DNA of 64,000 bases, taken from Planctomycetota bacterium. GTDB lineage: Bacteria > Planctomycetota > PLA2 > JAEUHO01. The position numbers and the translations under genes were made by a program. The notes below the pieces were generated by a model, which saw only the letters and a program-made list of their open reading frames with translations, was not told the origin of the DNA and did no database searches. Shown piece by piece: positions 9,807 through 18,091 of this stretch. The stretch spans positions 192,001 to 256,000 of the forward strand of contig CBDCWP010000021.1 of the NCBI GenBank assembly GCA_965223505.1, read 5' to 3'. The number at the start of each line of letters is the position of its first letter. Position 1 is the first letter of the stretch.

Positions 9807-10301
9807 TCAGGTGTCGGACGACGAACCTCCCCTGCGTCGTAGAAGCGCGACGTCGCCGGCCGGCAGCCGTTCGCGCAACGCACTCAGCGTAACGCCGGCA
9901 TCGGGATGCGGCGCATCGGGCCAGATGTCGGCGCAAGGGACGAGCACGTACGCCGCGACCTGCAGGTCGGGATGCGCATCGCCGCCCGCGCGGTAGACGA
10001 CGTCGACGTCCATCGTCCGTGGCGCGAAGCGATCGTCTCGACGACGCCGGCCGCACGCTTCCTCGACTCGACGACAGGCTTCGCGTAGCGCCCGCGGCGG
10101 CAGGTCGGTGCGAGCGCGCACGGCGAGATTGACGAACGGCGGCTGCGGCGTCGTCGTGCCGAGCGGCGGGCTCTCGTACCAGGGCGACTCGGCCACCACG
10201 TCGAAGCGCGCTCGAAGGAGCTTCAGGGCGACGGGCAACCAGCGGCGTGCTTCGATGTTCGAGCCCAGCGAGAGCAGGACCTCGTAGGTCCGGCGGCTCA
10301 T
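9807..10301 (-). CDS. folK: 2-amino-4-hydroxy-6-hydroxymethyldihydropteridine diphosphokinase
   Basis: LSLGSNI, YESPP, FVN, RFAPRTMDVDV motifs; follows folB. Confidence 0.9.
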   Translation of the reverse strand: MSRRTYEVLLSLGSNIEARRWLPVALKLLRARFDVVAESPWYESPPLGTTTPQPPFVNLAVRARTDLPPRALREACRRVEEACGRRRRDDRFAPRTMDVDVVYRAGGDAHPDLQVAAYVLVPCADIWPDAPHPDAGVTLSALRERLPAGDVALLRRRGGSSSDT

Positions 10302-10660
10302 CGACCACGAGACCCGCGCTCGATCTCGACGCCCACCTCGTCGCTGAATCGAACGGCCCCCGGCTTCGCGACGCGCAGCCGCACCCACGGCGCGTCGAAG
10401 CGTTCCATCAGCAGCGCCGCGAGACGCTCGGCCAGCGTCTCGACGAGAAAGTAGGAGCTCTCCTCGACGTGCGCGAGCACCGCCTTGGCCACCGAGCGGT
10501 AGTTGACGGCCTTCGCGATGTCGTCCTCGGCGGCCGCGGCGCTCGTGTCGCAGGCGAGCTCGATGTCGATGCGGATGACCTGTCGCTCGACGCGCTCCCA
10601 GTCGTTGATCCCGATGATGCCGCGCGCGGCCAGTCCGCGAATGAAGACGGTGTCCTGCAT
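10298..10660 (-). CDS. folB: Dihydroneopterin aldolase
   Basis: DTVFIRGL..GIIGINDWER..Q, VNYR, LVETLAE, KPGA..VGVEIER. Confidence 0.93.
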   Translation of the reverse strand: MQDTVFIRGLAARGIIGINDWERVERQVIRIDIELACDTSAAAAEDDIAKAVNYRSVAKAVLAHVEESSYFLVETLAERLAALLMERFDAPWVRLRVAKPGAVRFSDEVGVEIERGSRGR

Positions 10661-10667
10661 CAGCCCC

Positions 10668-10997
10668 TCAACCGTTGCGCGCGTGCTTCGACGCGTCGTC
10701 GATGCCACGGAACACCGGCAGCATGCTGTTCAACCCGAGCACCTTGATGAGCTTCTCGACGCTGCGCGTCGGACGCGCGAGTGCCAGTCGCCGGTCCTGC
10801 TCACCCAACGTCTTGCCGAGCTGGACGATGGCGCCCAGACCCGCGCTGTTGACAAACGTCATGTTCTCGAGATCGAGGACGATGCCCGGCGCCGCCGCGT
10901 CCTGCACGTGCGGCTGGACCGCGGCGTGGAACGCGTCGAGATTCCTGTGCGTGAGCTCGGCCGGCGGCACGACGATAGCAATCGAAGAGGTGGTCAC
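10668..10997 (-). CDS. STAS-domain anti-sigma-factor antagonist
   Basis: IVLDLENMTFVNSAGLGAIV motif with conserved phospho-Ser. Confidence 0.85.
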   Translation of the reverse strand: MTTSSIAIVVPPAELTHRNLDAFHAAVQPHVQDAAAPGIVLDLENMTFVNSAGLGAIVQLGKTLGEQDRRLALARPTRSVEKLIKVLGLNSMLPVFRGIDDASKHARNG

Positions 10998-11048
10998 GCC
11001 GATAGTCTGGCGCAAAGCCCGAGGGGGAGCAACGCGGGCGCCCGTTGC

Positions 11049-11465
11049 TCAGCGTTTCCGGAGAACGAGCTCGTATTGGTCCTTTTCGTATGTGTGCAAA
11101 CGAAGCAGATCGCCGTCGACCGTGGCGTGCGAGGTGTGCGGCGTCTGGAGCTTCCGTCCGCCTCTGCTCGATACGTGCAACGTGATCCGGTCGCCGGACC
11201 TGGACCAGGTGCCCGCCGTTCGCTCGCGGCGGTCGTCACGGCTCACGAAGTCGAGCACGAAGGTCGCGTCGGCGCGCAAGAGCAGACGGGCGTTCCATTC
11301 GCGCAGCAGCTGGTCGAGCAGTGCCGCGTCCATCTCCCACCTCGCGAGCACCTTGCGGGTCTCGGACCGGTCGAAGACGTACGTCACGTCGACGGAGGCG
11401 CCTTCGTCGTCACCTCCGCAGGCGGCGCAGAGAACGACGGCGAGAAGGGCCGTGCAGCGCTTCAC
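11049..11465 (-). CDS. Hypothetical lipoprotein (lipocalin-like beta barrel?)
   Basis: GTG start, KRCTALLAVVLCAACGG lipobox; LRADATF...AGTWS pattern. Confidence 0.6.
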   Translation of the reverse strand: MKRCTALLAVVLCAACGGDDEGASVDVTYVFDRSETRKVLARWEMDAALLDQLLREWNARLLLRADATFVLDFVSRDDRRERTAGTWSRSGDRITLHVSSRGGRKLQTPHTSHATVDGDLLRLHTYEKDQYELVLRKR

Positions 11466-11995
11466 GGCGTCTGAAACGCAACGACGGTCCACTGCCCGTC
11501 GATCTTCCGGAGGCGCACCGGACGGTGAACACCGTTGGCGCCCTCGTAGATGACCTCCATGGCGCTGCCCACCGTCTTCAGCCCGCGCATGCGCGGCTCC
11601 TCGGGCAGCTTCATGATCTCGATCAGGAAGCGGCACACGTCGCCGGTCGTTCCGTTGCGCGCCTGATCGATTCGTTGGTCCGAAACGCCGACCAGGTTGG
11701 TGCGCCGGAACGTCGGGTCCGCGAGCTGCTTGGCCTGGAAATTCATGACCTCCGCGTCGAAGCCCATCCACGCGTCGCGTGTCATCACGCGCCGCATCGC
11801 CTCCGTGTCCCCGCGCCACATCGCCTTGACGGCGTACTCCGCGACGCCGAACGGATCGCCTCGGTCCGGGCCGTCGCCCCCCCCGGCGTCCTCGCCGAGG
11901 TTGCGATACGCCCAGACGCCGCCGACGACGAGTACGAGCGCTACGACGACGACGCCCGCGATGTAGCGCGGTCCGGGGGTTCTTGCTTCGGCCAT
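11462..11995 (-). CDS. Hypothetical membrane-anchored protein
   Basis: N-terminal TM helix; C-terminal LRKIDGQWTV typical of NTF2-like folds. Confidence 0.6.
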   Translation of the reverse strand: MAEARTPGPRYIAGVVVVALVLVVGGVWAYRNLGEDAGGGDGPDRGDPFGVAEYAVKAMWRGDTEAMRRVMTRDAWMGFDAEVMNFQAKQLADPTFRRTNLVGVSDQRIDQARNGTTGDVCRFLIEIMKLPEEPRMRGLKTVGSAMEVIYEGANGVHRPVRLRKIDGQWTVVAFQTP

Positions 11996-12017
11996 GCTGC
12001 GAATGGTAGCCGGGTCT

Positions 12018-12524
12018 ATGCTGGTTGCGGTGAGAACGTATCCGCTCAACGCGTGGCGTTACTTCTTGCGCGTCGACGTGAACGGCGCTGATCGTCAAAA
12101 CCTGCCGGACTGCCTGGAGGCGGAGGATCTGGCGCTCTTCGGATTCGTCTCGCGCGAGGAAGCCTACGAGCAGATCCGCTCCGGCACCTTGATCCTGGCC
12201 GCGTCGAGCGAGGAACCCTTCCAAGCCTTCGCGAGCGACCTGGCGGTCCTGTCGATGTACCTCTTCCAGATCATCAAAGGCGTCGAGGTCGCCGAGCGAC
12301 ACGTGGCCGAGGACGAGGTGGACGACGTACGCGCATGGAAGATCGTCGCCCGGCAGGGCGAGTGGGTGAAGATCCCGCTCTGCGTCAGCTGCGACGACGA
12401 AGGCCGGTTTCACGTGGACGAGGACGCCGACGATCTCGAGATCATTCGGGCTCGCTGGCCCTCCTACCCGCTGTGGTTCCAGGACGGCATGCGCCGCAAG
12501 CACCCCTCCCTGCGCGCGCTGTAG
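12018..12524 (+). CDS. Hypothetical protein
   Basis: Coding-like ORF filling the gap; start uncertain. Confidence 0.6.
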   Translation: MLVAVRTYPLNAWRYFLRVDVNGADRQNLPDCLEAEDLALFGFVSREEAYEQIRSGTLILAASSEEPFQAFASDLAVLSMYLFQIIKGVEVAERHVAEDEVDDVRAWKIVARQGEWVKIPLCVSCDDEGRFHVDEDADDLEIIRARWPSYPLWFQDGMRRKHPSLRAL

Positions 12525-12547
12525 GGACGTCCTCGTAGCCTGACGTC

Positions 12548-13132
12548 GTGATCAACCCCTCCACCGTCGAACACGTGCGCCGGCGCGCGATGGCCGCCGT
12601 CGGCACCGCGCTGCGCATCGAGCGCTGGCCCGACGTGCCGGTGCGCTGGAATCGACGCCTGCGCCGGGCCGGCCGAGCCGTCATCGAGAAGCCGGGCAAG
12701 CACGTGCGCTCGGCGCTCATCGAGCTCTCGCCCGCGTACTTCGAGGTCTACCCGGACGACTTGTACGGCATCCTCGTTCACGAGGCGGTGCACGTCGGGC
12801 TGGCCGTACGCAACCTGCCCTTCGGGCACGGCCCCGAGTTCAAGCAGGCCTGCCGCGCTGCCGGCGGGCTGCTGCACGGACGCTGGCTTCCCGGGCGCGT
12901 GTTTCGCTACCGCTGCCCGGTCTGCAACGCGACGCTGGAGCGCCGCCGGCGCGCGACCGACGACCGGTGGTGCGCCGCCTGCGCGGAAGCGGCAGCGGCT
13001 GCCGGCGTGGACCCGTTCGCGTCGGACCGGGCGCTCATTCTGTACGAGACCGCGTTCCAGGGGCCCGAGCGCTTCGAAGACGACGACGACTGGAACGAAG
13101 ACCGACGACGACCCGGCGCGTGCGAGCCGTAG
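12548..13132 (+). CDS. SprT-like zinc metalloprotease
   Basis: WNRRLRRAG, HEAVH (HExxH), HGPEF, CPVC and CAAC. Confidence 0.85.
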   Translation: MINPSTVEHVRRRAMAAVGTALRIERWPDVPVRWNRRLRRAGRAVIEKPGKHVRSALIELSPAYFEVYPDDLYGILVHEAVHVGLAVRNLPFGHGPEFKQACRAAGGLLHGRWLPGRVFRYRCPVCNATLERRRRATDDRWCAACAEAAAAAGVDPFASDRALILYETAFQGPERFEDDDDWNEDRRRPGACEP

Positions 13133-13255
13133 TCCGCACCCACGGGTCGCGGGTCTGGGGCTGGACTCGCGGCCGACCTGCCCTTCGCGCTACCCTGTAC
13201 GGGATTCGAGTCCTGCCCGCGGGACGGTGGGCGGCGAACGTGAGGGAATGTCCAG

Positions 13256-14533
13256 ATGCTTGGTCGCAAGTTCGCGGGAGCGGCGGTGCTCGGTGCTGCG
13301 CTCCTCTTGTTCTGCACGCCGGTCTTCGCCGGTGACGTGCCGTGTGTCGTCGGTGTCGAGGCCGACAAGGCGAAGTCGATGATCGAGGAAGCGGGCTTCG
13401 TCGCGAAGCTCAGCTACGACGCGGGCAAGCCCGCCGGCATCGTGTTCGCGCAATCACCCGGTGGCTTCGCGCCGGCGGCCTCCGGTTCGACCGTCGAACT
13501 GCGCATCGGCGGGACGGCGCCGTCGGCCGGCAACGTCCCGGTCGATCCGCCGAGCAACCCGGCCGCCGGCACCGGCGACGGTCCCGACATCGGCCTGCCG
13601 CCGACGGGCGAGCCGCCGAGCGTCGAACCCGGACCGGGACCGGCCGCGGGCACGTCGGACGACACGCCGCTGACGCGCTATCCCCCCGAGAACGTTCCTT
13701 CGACGAACGGCCCCGAGATCCCGCCGGTGTTGGGGCAGAAGCGCGACGCGGCGCTGCGCGCCCTCGGTCGCTGGAAGGTGCGCGAAGAGCTCACGCTGTC
13801 GACCGCGGAGCTCGTTGGCAACGTGATCAACATGGAGCCGATGCCGGGCCGCCGTCTGGCCGAGGGCGAGACCGTGACGCTCGTCGTGGCCGTGGCCGAA
13901 CCGCCCACCACCGACCACCGCAGCGTTCCGAACGTCACGAACACCACGCCGAGCGCCGCGATGCAGCGGCTGCGCGCCGCCGGCTTCAAGCCGGTCATGC
14001 GCAGCATCGAGAGCAAGGCCGCGAAGCGCGGCACCGTCGTCTCGCAACTTCCCTTCCCGGGAAGCCTGGCCCGCGAGGGCGCCGAGGTGCGCGTCCGGGT
14101 CGGCCGCGGCGACGGCTCGAGCCCCGCGCCCGCGAATCCGCCGGTGAACCCGGGCCCGTCGGACCCGCCGGCCAATCCGGGACCCGAGAACCCGCCCACC
14201 AACCCCGGGCCCGTAGATCCCCCGGTGAACCCGGCCCCGGCCGTCTCGCTCGGGAAGGTGAAGCTGCGCGCCCCGCCCGCCGGGGAGAGCTACCCGCGCG
14301 CCTACGGCGCCACGTTCGAGTGGTCGAAGGTCGGCGGCGCGACGAACTACGAGTGGGAGCTGCAGGAGGAGCGTCCCTCGGGCGCGTGGGAGCGCGTCCA
14401 GACGGAGATCGTCGAAGGCGAGCGCTATCGGCCCGCACAGCTCAAGCGCGGCCGCTTCCGGTGGCGCGTGCGCGCGCTGGCCGGGGACTCCAAGGGCGCA
14501 TGGAGCGACTTCTTCCGCCTCTACATGTACTGA
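13256..14533 (+). CDS. Secreted protein with three PASTA domains, Pro-rich linkers and FN3-like C-terminus
   Basis: VPCVVG, IPPVLG and VPNVT units with G.V..Q.P motifs; FRWRVRA...GAWS. Confidence 0.8.
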   Translation: MLGRKFAGAAVLGAALLLFCTPVFAGDVPCVVGVEADKAKSMIEEAGFVAKLSYDAGKPAGIVFAQSPGGFAPAASGSTVELRIGGTAPSAGNVPVDPPSNPAAGTGDGPDIGLPPTGEPPSVEPGPGPAAGTSDDTPLTRYPPENVPSTNGPEIPPVLGQKRDAALRALGRWKVREELTLSTAELVGNVINMEPMPGRRLAEGETVTLVVAVAEPPTTDHRSVPNVTNTTPSAAMQRLRAAGFKPVMRSIESKAAKRGTVVSQLPFPGSLAREGAEVRVRVGRGDGSSPAPANPPVNPGPSDPPANPGPENPPTNPGPVDPPVNPAPAVSLGKVKLRAPPAGESYPRAYGATFEWSKVGGATNYEWELQEERPSGAWERVQTEIVEGERYRPAQLKRGRFRWRVRALAGDSKGAWSDFFRLYMY

Positions 14534-14563
14534 CCGGCGCGCCGCGTCTCGGCGACCGCGCGC

Positions 14564-15853
14564 TCAATCCGGTTCGTACCGGTTGACCGCGTCGCCCCCG
14601 CCGCGCTTCGCCGCCAGCATCGCTTCATCCGCGAGCGAGAGCAGCAAGTCCGTCTTCTTGCCCTCTTTCTCGGCGACGTCGGCCGACGTCGCGATGCCAA
14701 CGCTGACACGCATCTCGATGTCACGGTCCGGGCCGTATTGGTTCTCGGCGACCTCGGCCCGCAGACGGTCCGCAACGAGGCCCGCGGCGGCGCCGTCCGT
14801 GTTCGGGAGCAGGATGCAGAACTCGTCCCCCCCGTAGCGGGCGAGCACGTCGCCGTCGCGCAGCCCCGAACGGAGAACGCGCGCGACATCGCAGAGCACG
14901 GCGTCGCCGACGGCGTGGCCGCGCTCGTCGTTGACGCTCTTGAAGCCGTCCTGGTCGATCATGAGCACCGCGAGCGGATCGCCGTAGCGGACCGCGCGCG
15001 CCATCTCGCGCTCGAGCACCTCGAGGAAGTACCCGCGGTTGTAGATGCGCGTGAGCGGGTCGCGCGAAGCCTGCTCGGCGAGACGCCGATTCGCGGCGCG
15101 CAAGGCGTCCTCCATGGCGACCCGATCGGACACGTCGCGCAGCGTCAACACGAGACCGTCCATGCGACCGCCTGCCCGCGTGACGGGGGAGAGCGTGACG
15201 ATGCAGGGCACGCGTTCGCCGGACTCCGTCGCGACCTCGACCTCGCCGGCCCACTCGCCGCCGACGTGCACGGCCGCGAAGAGATCCGCCTTCACGCGCG
15301 GTTGCTGCTCGAGGGGGAAGAGGTCGGCCAAGGTCCCCCAGGCGGGCTTGGTGCTGTCGCAGCCGAGCAGGCGCGCGCCGGCCGCGTTCACGAACTCGAT
15401 CGCTCCCGTGCGGTCGGCGATCAGCACCGGCGCCGCCGTGGAGGACAGGGCATCCGCCAACCGGGACGTGCGGTCGCGGGACGCGGCGCGATCGCAGGCG
15501 CCTTCCAGGCGGGCGCCGAGCGTCGCAAGATAGGCGCCGCCCTCGTCCGTCACGATGAAGTCGAGCGCACCGAGCCGGGTGGCCTCGACCCAACGCGACG
15601 CCGCCTCGTCGTCGCCGAGCACGACGACGGGAACGTGCGAGGTCATCCGCACCGCGGCCTGCAGGAAGTCGAGCGCGGACATGTCGCTCATGCGCTCTTC
15701 GAGCAGCACCATCGCAGGCGGGACGGGACGGGCCAGCGCCGCGAGCGCCGAGCCCCCCGAATTGACGACCTCCGTCCGGTGCCCGGCGCTGTCCAGGGCC
15801 GCGCCGATCGTGCGCCAGCGCTCCGGGTTGTGCTCGACGATCAGGATGTGCAC
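14564..15853 (-). CDS. REC-PAS-GGDEF diguanylate cyclase
   Basis: DPLTRIYNR, RDGD I-site, RYGGDEF; PAS motif GEWAGEV; N-terminal atypical receiver. Confidence 0.9.
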   Translation of the reverse strand: MHILIVEHNPERWRTIGAALDSAGHRTEVVNSGGSALAALARPVPPAMVLLEERMSDMSALDFLQAAVRMTSHVPVVVLGDDEAASRWVEATRLGALDFIVTDEGGAYLATLGARLEGACDRAASRDRTSRLADALSSTAAPVLIADRTGAIEFVNAAGARLLGCDSTKPAWGTLADLFPLEQQPRVKADLFAAVHVGGEWAGEVEVATESGERVPCIVTLSPVTRAGGRMDGLVLTLRDVSDRVAMEDALRAANRRLAEQASRDPLTRIYNRGYFLEVLEREMARAVRYGDPLAVLMIDQDGFKSVNDERGHAVGDAVLCDVARVLRSGLRDGDVLARYGGDEFCILLPNTDGAAAGLVADRLRAEVAENQYGPDRDIEMRVSVGIATSADVAEKEGKKTDLLLSLADEAMLAAKRGGGDAVNRYEPD

Positions 15854-15884
15854 GGATCCTCGATCTCCCGTTCTCGCAGGCAGC

Positions 15885-16649
15885 CTACCCCATGATCGAG
15901 TAGCCGCCGTCCACCACAATCGTCTGACCGACGATCATCGAGGCCAAGGGACTCGTCAGGAAGAGAACCGTATCGGCCACATCCGCCGGCTCGATGAGCT
16001 TGCCCGCGGGCGTCCGCCGGGCGCTCTCCGTGAGCAGCTGTTCCCGGTTCGGGAAGTACTTGAGCGCATCCGTGTCCACGACGCCGGCCGAGATCGCGTT
16101 CACGTTCACGCCGCGCGGCGCGAGCTCGATGGCCAGGTGCCGGATGAGGCTCTCCAGGGCCGCCTTGCTGGCGCCGACCGCGGCGTAGTTCGGAATGGCG
16201 CGCACCGCGCCGATGCTGGACACGGCCACGATGTGCCCGCCGTCCCGCATGAGCGGCACGCCGTACTGCGCAATGGGCAGCAGCGCCGCGGCGTTGATGT
16301 CCATCGTCCAGTGCCAGTGCCGCTGGGTCAGCTCCATCGCGGGCTTGATCACGCCGGACGCGGCATTGCTGACGATGATGTCCAGGTCGCCCCACGCCTC
16401 GCCGATCTGCGCGAACATCGACTCGAGGTTGGTCGTGTCGGCGACGTTGCATCGGAGCAGCAACGAGGAACGCCCCGCGGCCTCGACTGCGGCCGCCGTC
16501 TCCTGGGCGGGTTTCTTGTTGCGCACGTAGTTGATGGCCACGTCGCAGCCGGCTTCGGCCAGGCGCAGCGCGATCGCGCGGCCGATTCCGCGGCTACCGC
16601 CCGTCACCAGCACCTTCTTGCCGGTCAGTCCGATTCCGATGGTCGACAT
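15885..16649 (-). CDS. SDR oxidoreductase, enoyl-ACP reductase FabL-like
   Basis: TGGSRGIG, SNAASGV, YAAVGASK (YX6K), VDTDALKYFP. Confidence 0.8.
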   Translation of the reverse strand: MSTIGIGLTGKKVLVTGGSRGIGRAIALRLAEAGCDVAINYVRNKKPAQETAAAVEAAGRSSLLLRCNVADTTNLESMFAQIGEAWGDLDIIVSNAASGVIKPAMELTQRHWHWTMDINAAALLPIAQYGVPLMRDGGHIVAVSSIGAVRAIPNYAAVGASKAALESLIRHLAIELAPRGVNVNAISAGVVDTDALKYFPNREQLLTESARRTPAGKLIEPADVADTVLFLTSPLASMIVGQTIVVDGGYSIMG

Positions 16650-16753
16650 GATCCCTCCGCGCCGCGCGGTTCAACGGTACCCTAGAAGCTCACGAGACGC
16701 ATGGAGCGCCGGGGGGGCGCTCGCGGGGATCGTCGGTGGAACGCGGAGGCCGC

Positions 16754-17122
16754 ATGATCACCACCCGGACTTGGACAGGGCTCGTCATGACGCTGGTCGG
16801 CATCGCGCTCGTCGGCTGCGGTTCGACGAGCGAGGCACGGCAATCGGAAGGCAGCGGAACGCCGGCGGCGCACGCCGGCCCGGACCCTGCGGCGCAAGCA
16901 CCGCCGACGGCGAACGCCACCGGCACGACGGACAAGGGCTCGCGCTATCTCGAGTTCTCCGACCCCATCGGAGCGGTGCCGGTCGAGTCCGACCCGCTCG
17001 GCAACGAAACCGCCTGGTCGCCGCCGGCATCGCCGCCGCCGGCCCAGCCCGACGTCCTGGGACGTCCGCCGCCCCACGCGCACAAGGTGCCGCCGCTGCC
17101 GCCGCTCGAGGACGACGAGTAA
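16754..17122 (+). CDS. Pro-rich hypothetical lipoprotein
   Basis: GGAGG RBS; IALVGC lipobox. Confidence 0.6.
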   Translation: MITTRTWTGLVMTLVGIALVGCGSTSEARQSEGSGTPAAHAGPDPAAQAPPTANATGTTDKGSRYLEFSDPIGAVPVESDPLGNETAWSPPASPPPAQPDVLGRPPPHAHKVPPLPPLEDDE

Positions 17123-17201
17123 GGACGGCGAACGTCCACCCCGCGACGGGTGGCTACACTTGCGGCGGGCGACGGTTCCGAGGGTTTGCACGGAGTGCTG
17201 A

Positions 17202-18026
17202 ATGCGTCGCATGCACCTGCTGTTGGGCGGGCTTGCGGTTCTGGTGATCGCGAGCGTCGCCATTGCCGTGACGAGCATCGATCGCGAGGATGAAGGTCCG
17301 TTCGTCATCTCCCCGCCGAACCACGACTTCGGGCGCCTCATGCAGGGCGAGGTGCGCTCGAAGACGTTCACGATCAAGAACAACACCGGCGTGGACGTGG
17401 TGTTGCGCCAGTTCAAGTCGAGCTGCACCGCGTGCCTGAACGTCGAGAGGATGCCGCAGCCGCTGCTGCCGCGCGGCGGCGAGACGACCGTGACGGTGCA
17501 CCTGGACACGGGCAAGGTCCCACCGCAACAGCTGCGCAAGCGCATCGAGATCTGGACCAACTACGGCCCGGTCCCGCAGCTGTTCATCCCGATCTCGGCG
17601 GACACGTTCGCGCCGTACAAGGTCAACGTACAAGCGCTCCACCTGGGGAAGATCGACGGCAGCAAGGACGACTTCGAGCCGCGCGTCATCTCGGTCCGCG
17701 CCGAGCCCGGGTTCGTGGTGGCGCCCAATGCGAACGACATGTGGAAACAGGGACTCTCCTCGTTCACGCACGAGAAGTTCTTCGACGTCGGGATCGAGAC
17801 GAAGAAGGACGGTTACGACGTCGTCTTGACGCTTCGCAAGGAAGCGCTGGTGCGCCCGCACCCGCCGAAGCTGAAGGGGCACCTGCTGCTGAAGGTGAAA
17901 TGGGGCGAGCTGTCCGGCGCGGCGTCGGTCAAGAACGAAGACTGGCGGTTCGACGAGCGCCTGGTCGAGCTGCGGGGCACCTGGGCCCCGCCGCCGCCGG
18001 AGAAGCCGCCTGGGAAACCCAAATAG
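17202..18026 (+). CDS. DUF1573-like Ig-fold protein
   Basis: HDFG...FTIKN...SSCTAC...V.LDT; signal anchor. Confidence 0.7.
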   Translation: MRRMHLLLGGLAVLVIASVAIAVTSIDREDEGPFVISPPNHDFGRLMQGEVRSKTFTIKNNTGVDVVLRQFKSSCTACLNVERMPQPLLPRGGETTVTVHLDTGKVPPQQLRKRIEIWTNYGPVPQLFIPISADTFAPYKVNVQALHLGKIDGSKDDFEPRVISVRAEPGFVVAPNANDMWKQGLSSFTHEKFFDVGIETKKDGYDVVLTLRKEALVRPHPPKLKGHLLLKVKWGELSGAASVKNEDWRFDERLVELRGTWAPPPPEKPPGKPK

Positions 18027-18091
18027 GCACCGCGCGCGTTCGGGGAGGCGCGGCGCACATCCCGTCGCCGCCGCGCTACCATCTTGGGTCC

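Noticed and set aside
13155..13230. tRNA-like GGATTCGAGTCC
   Set aside because: No G53-C61 pair and no acceptor or anticodon stems could be built; the region looks like a promoter (TACCCT at 13191)
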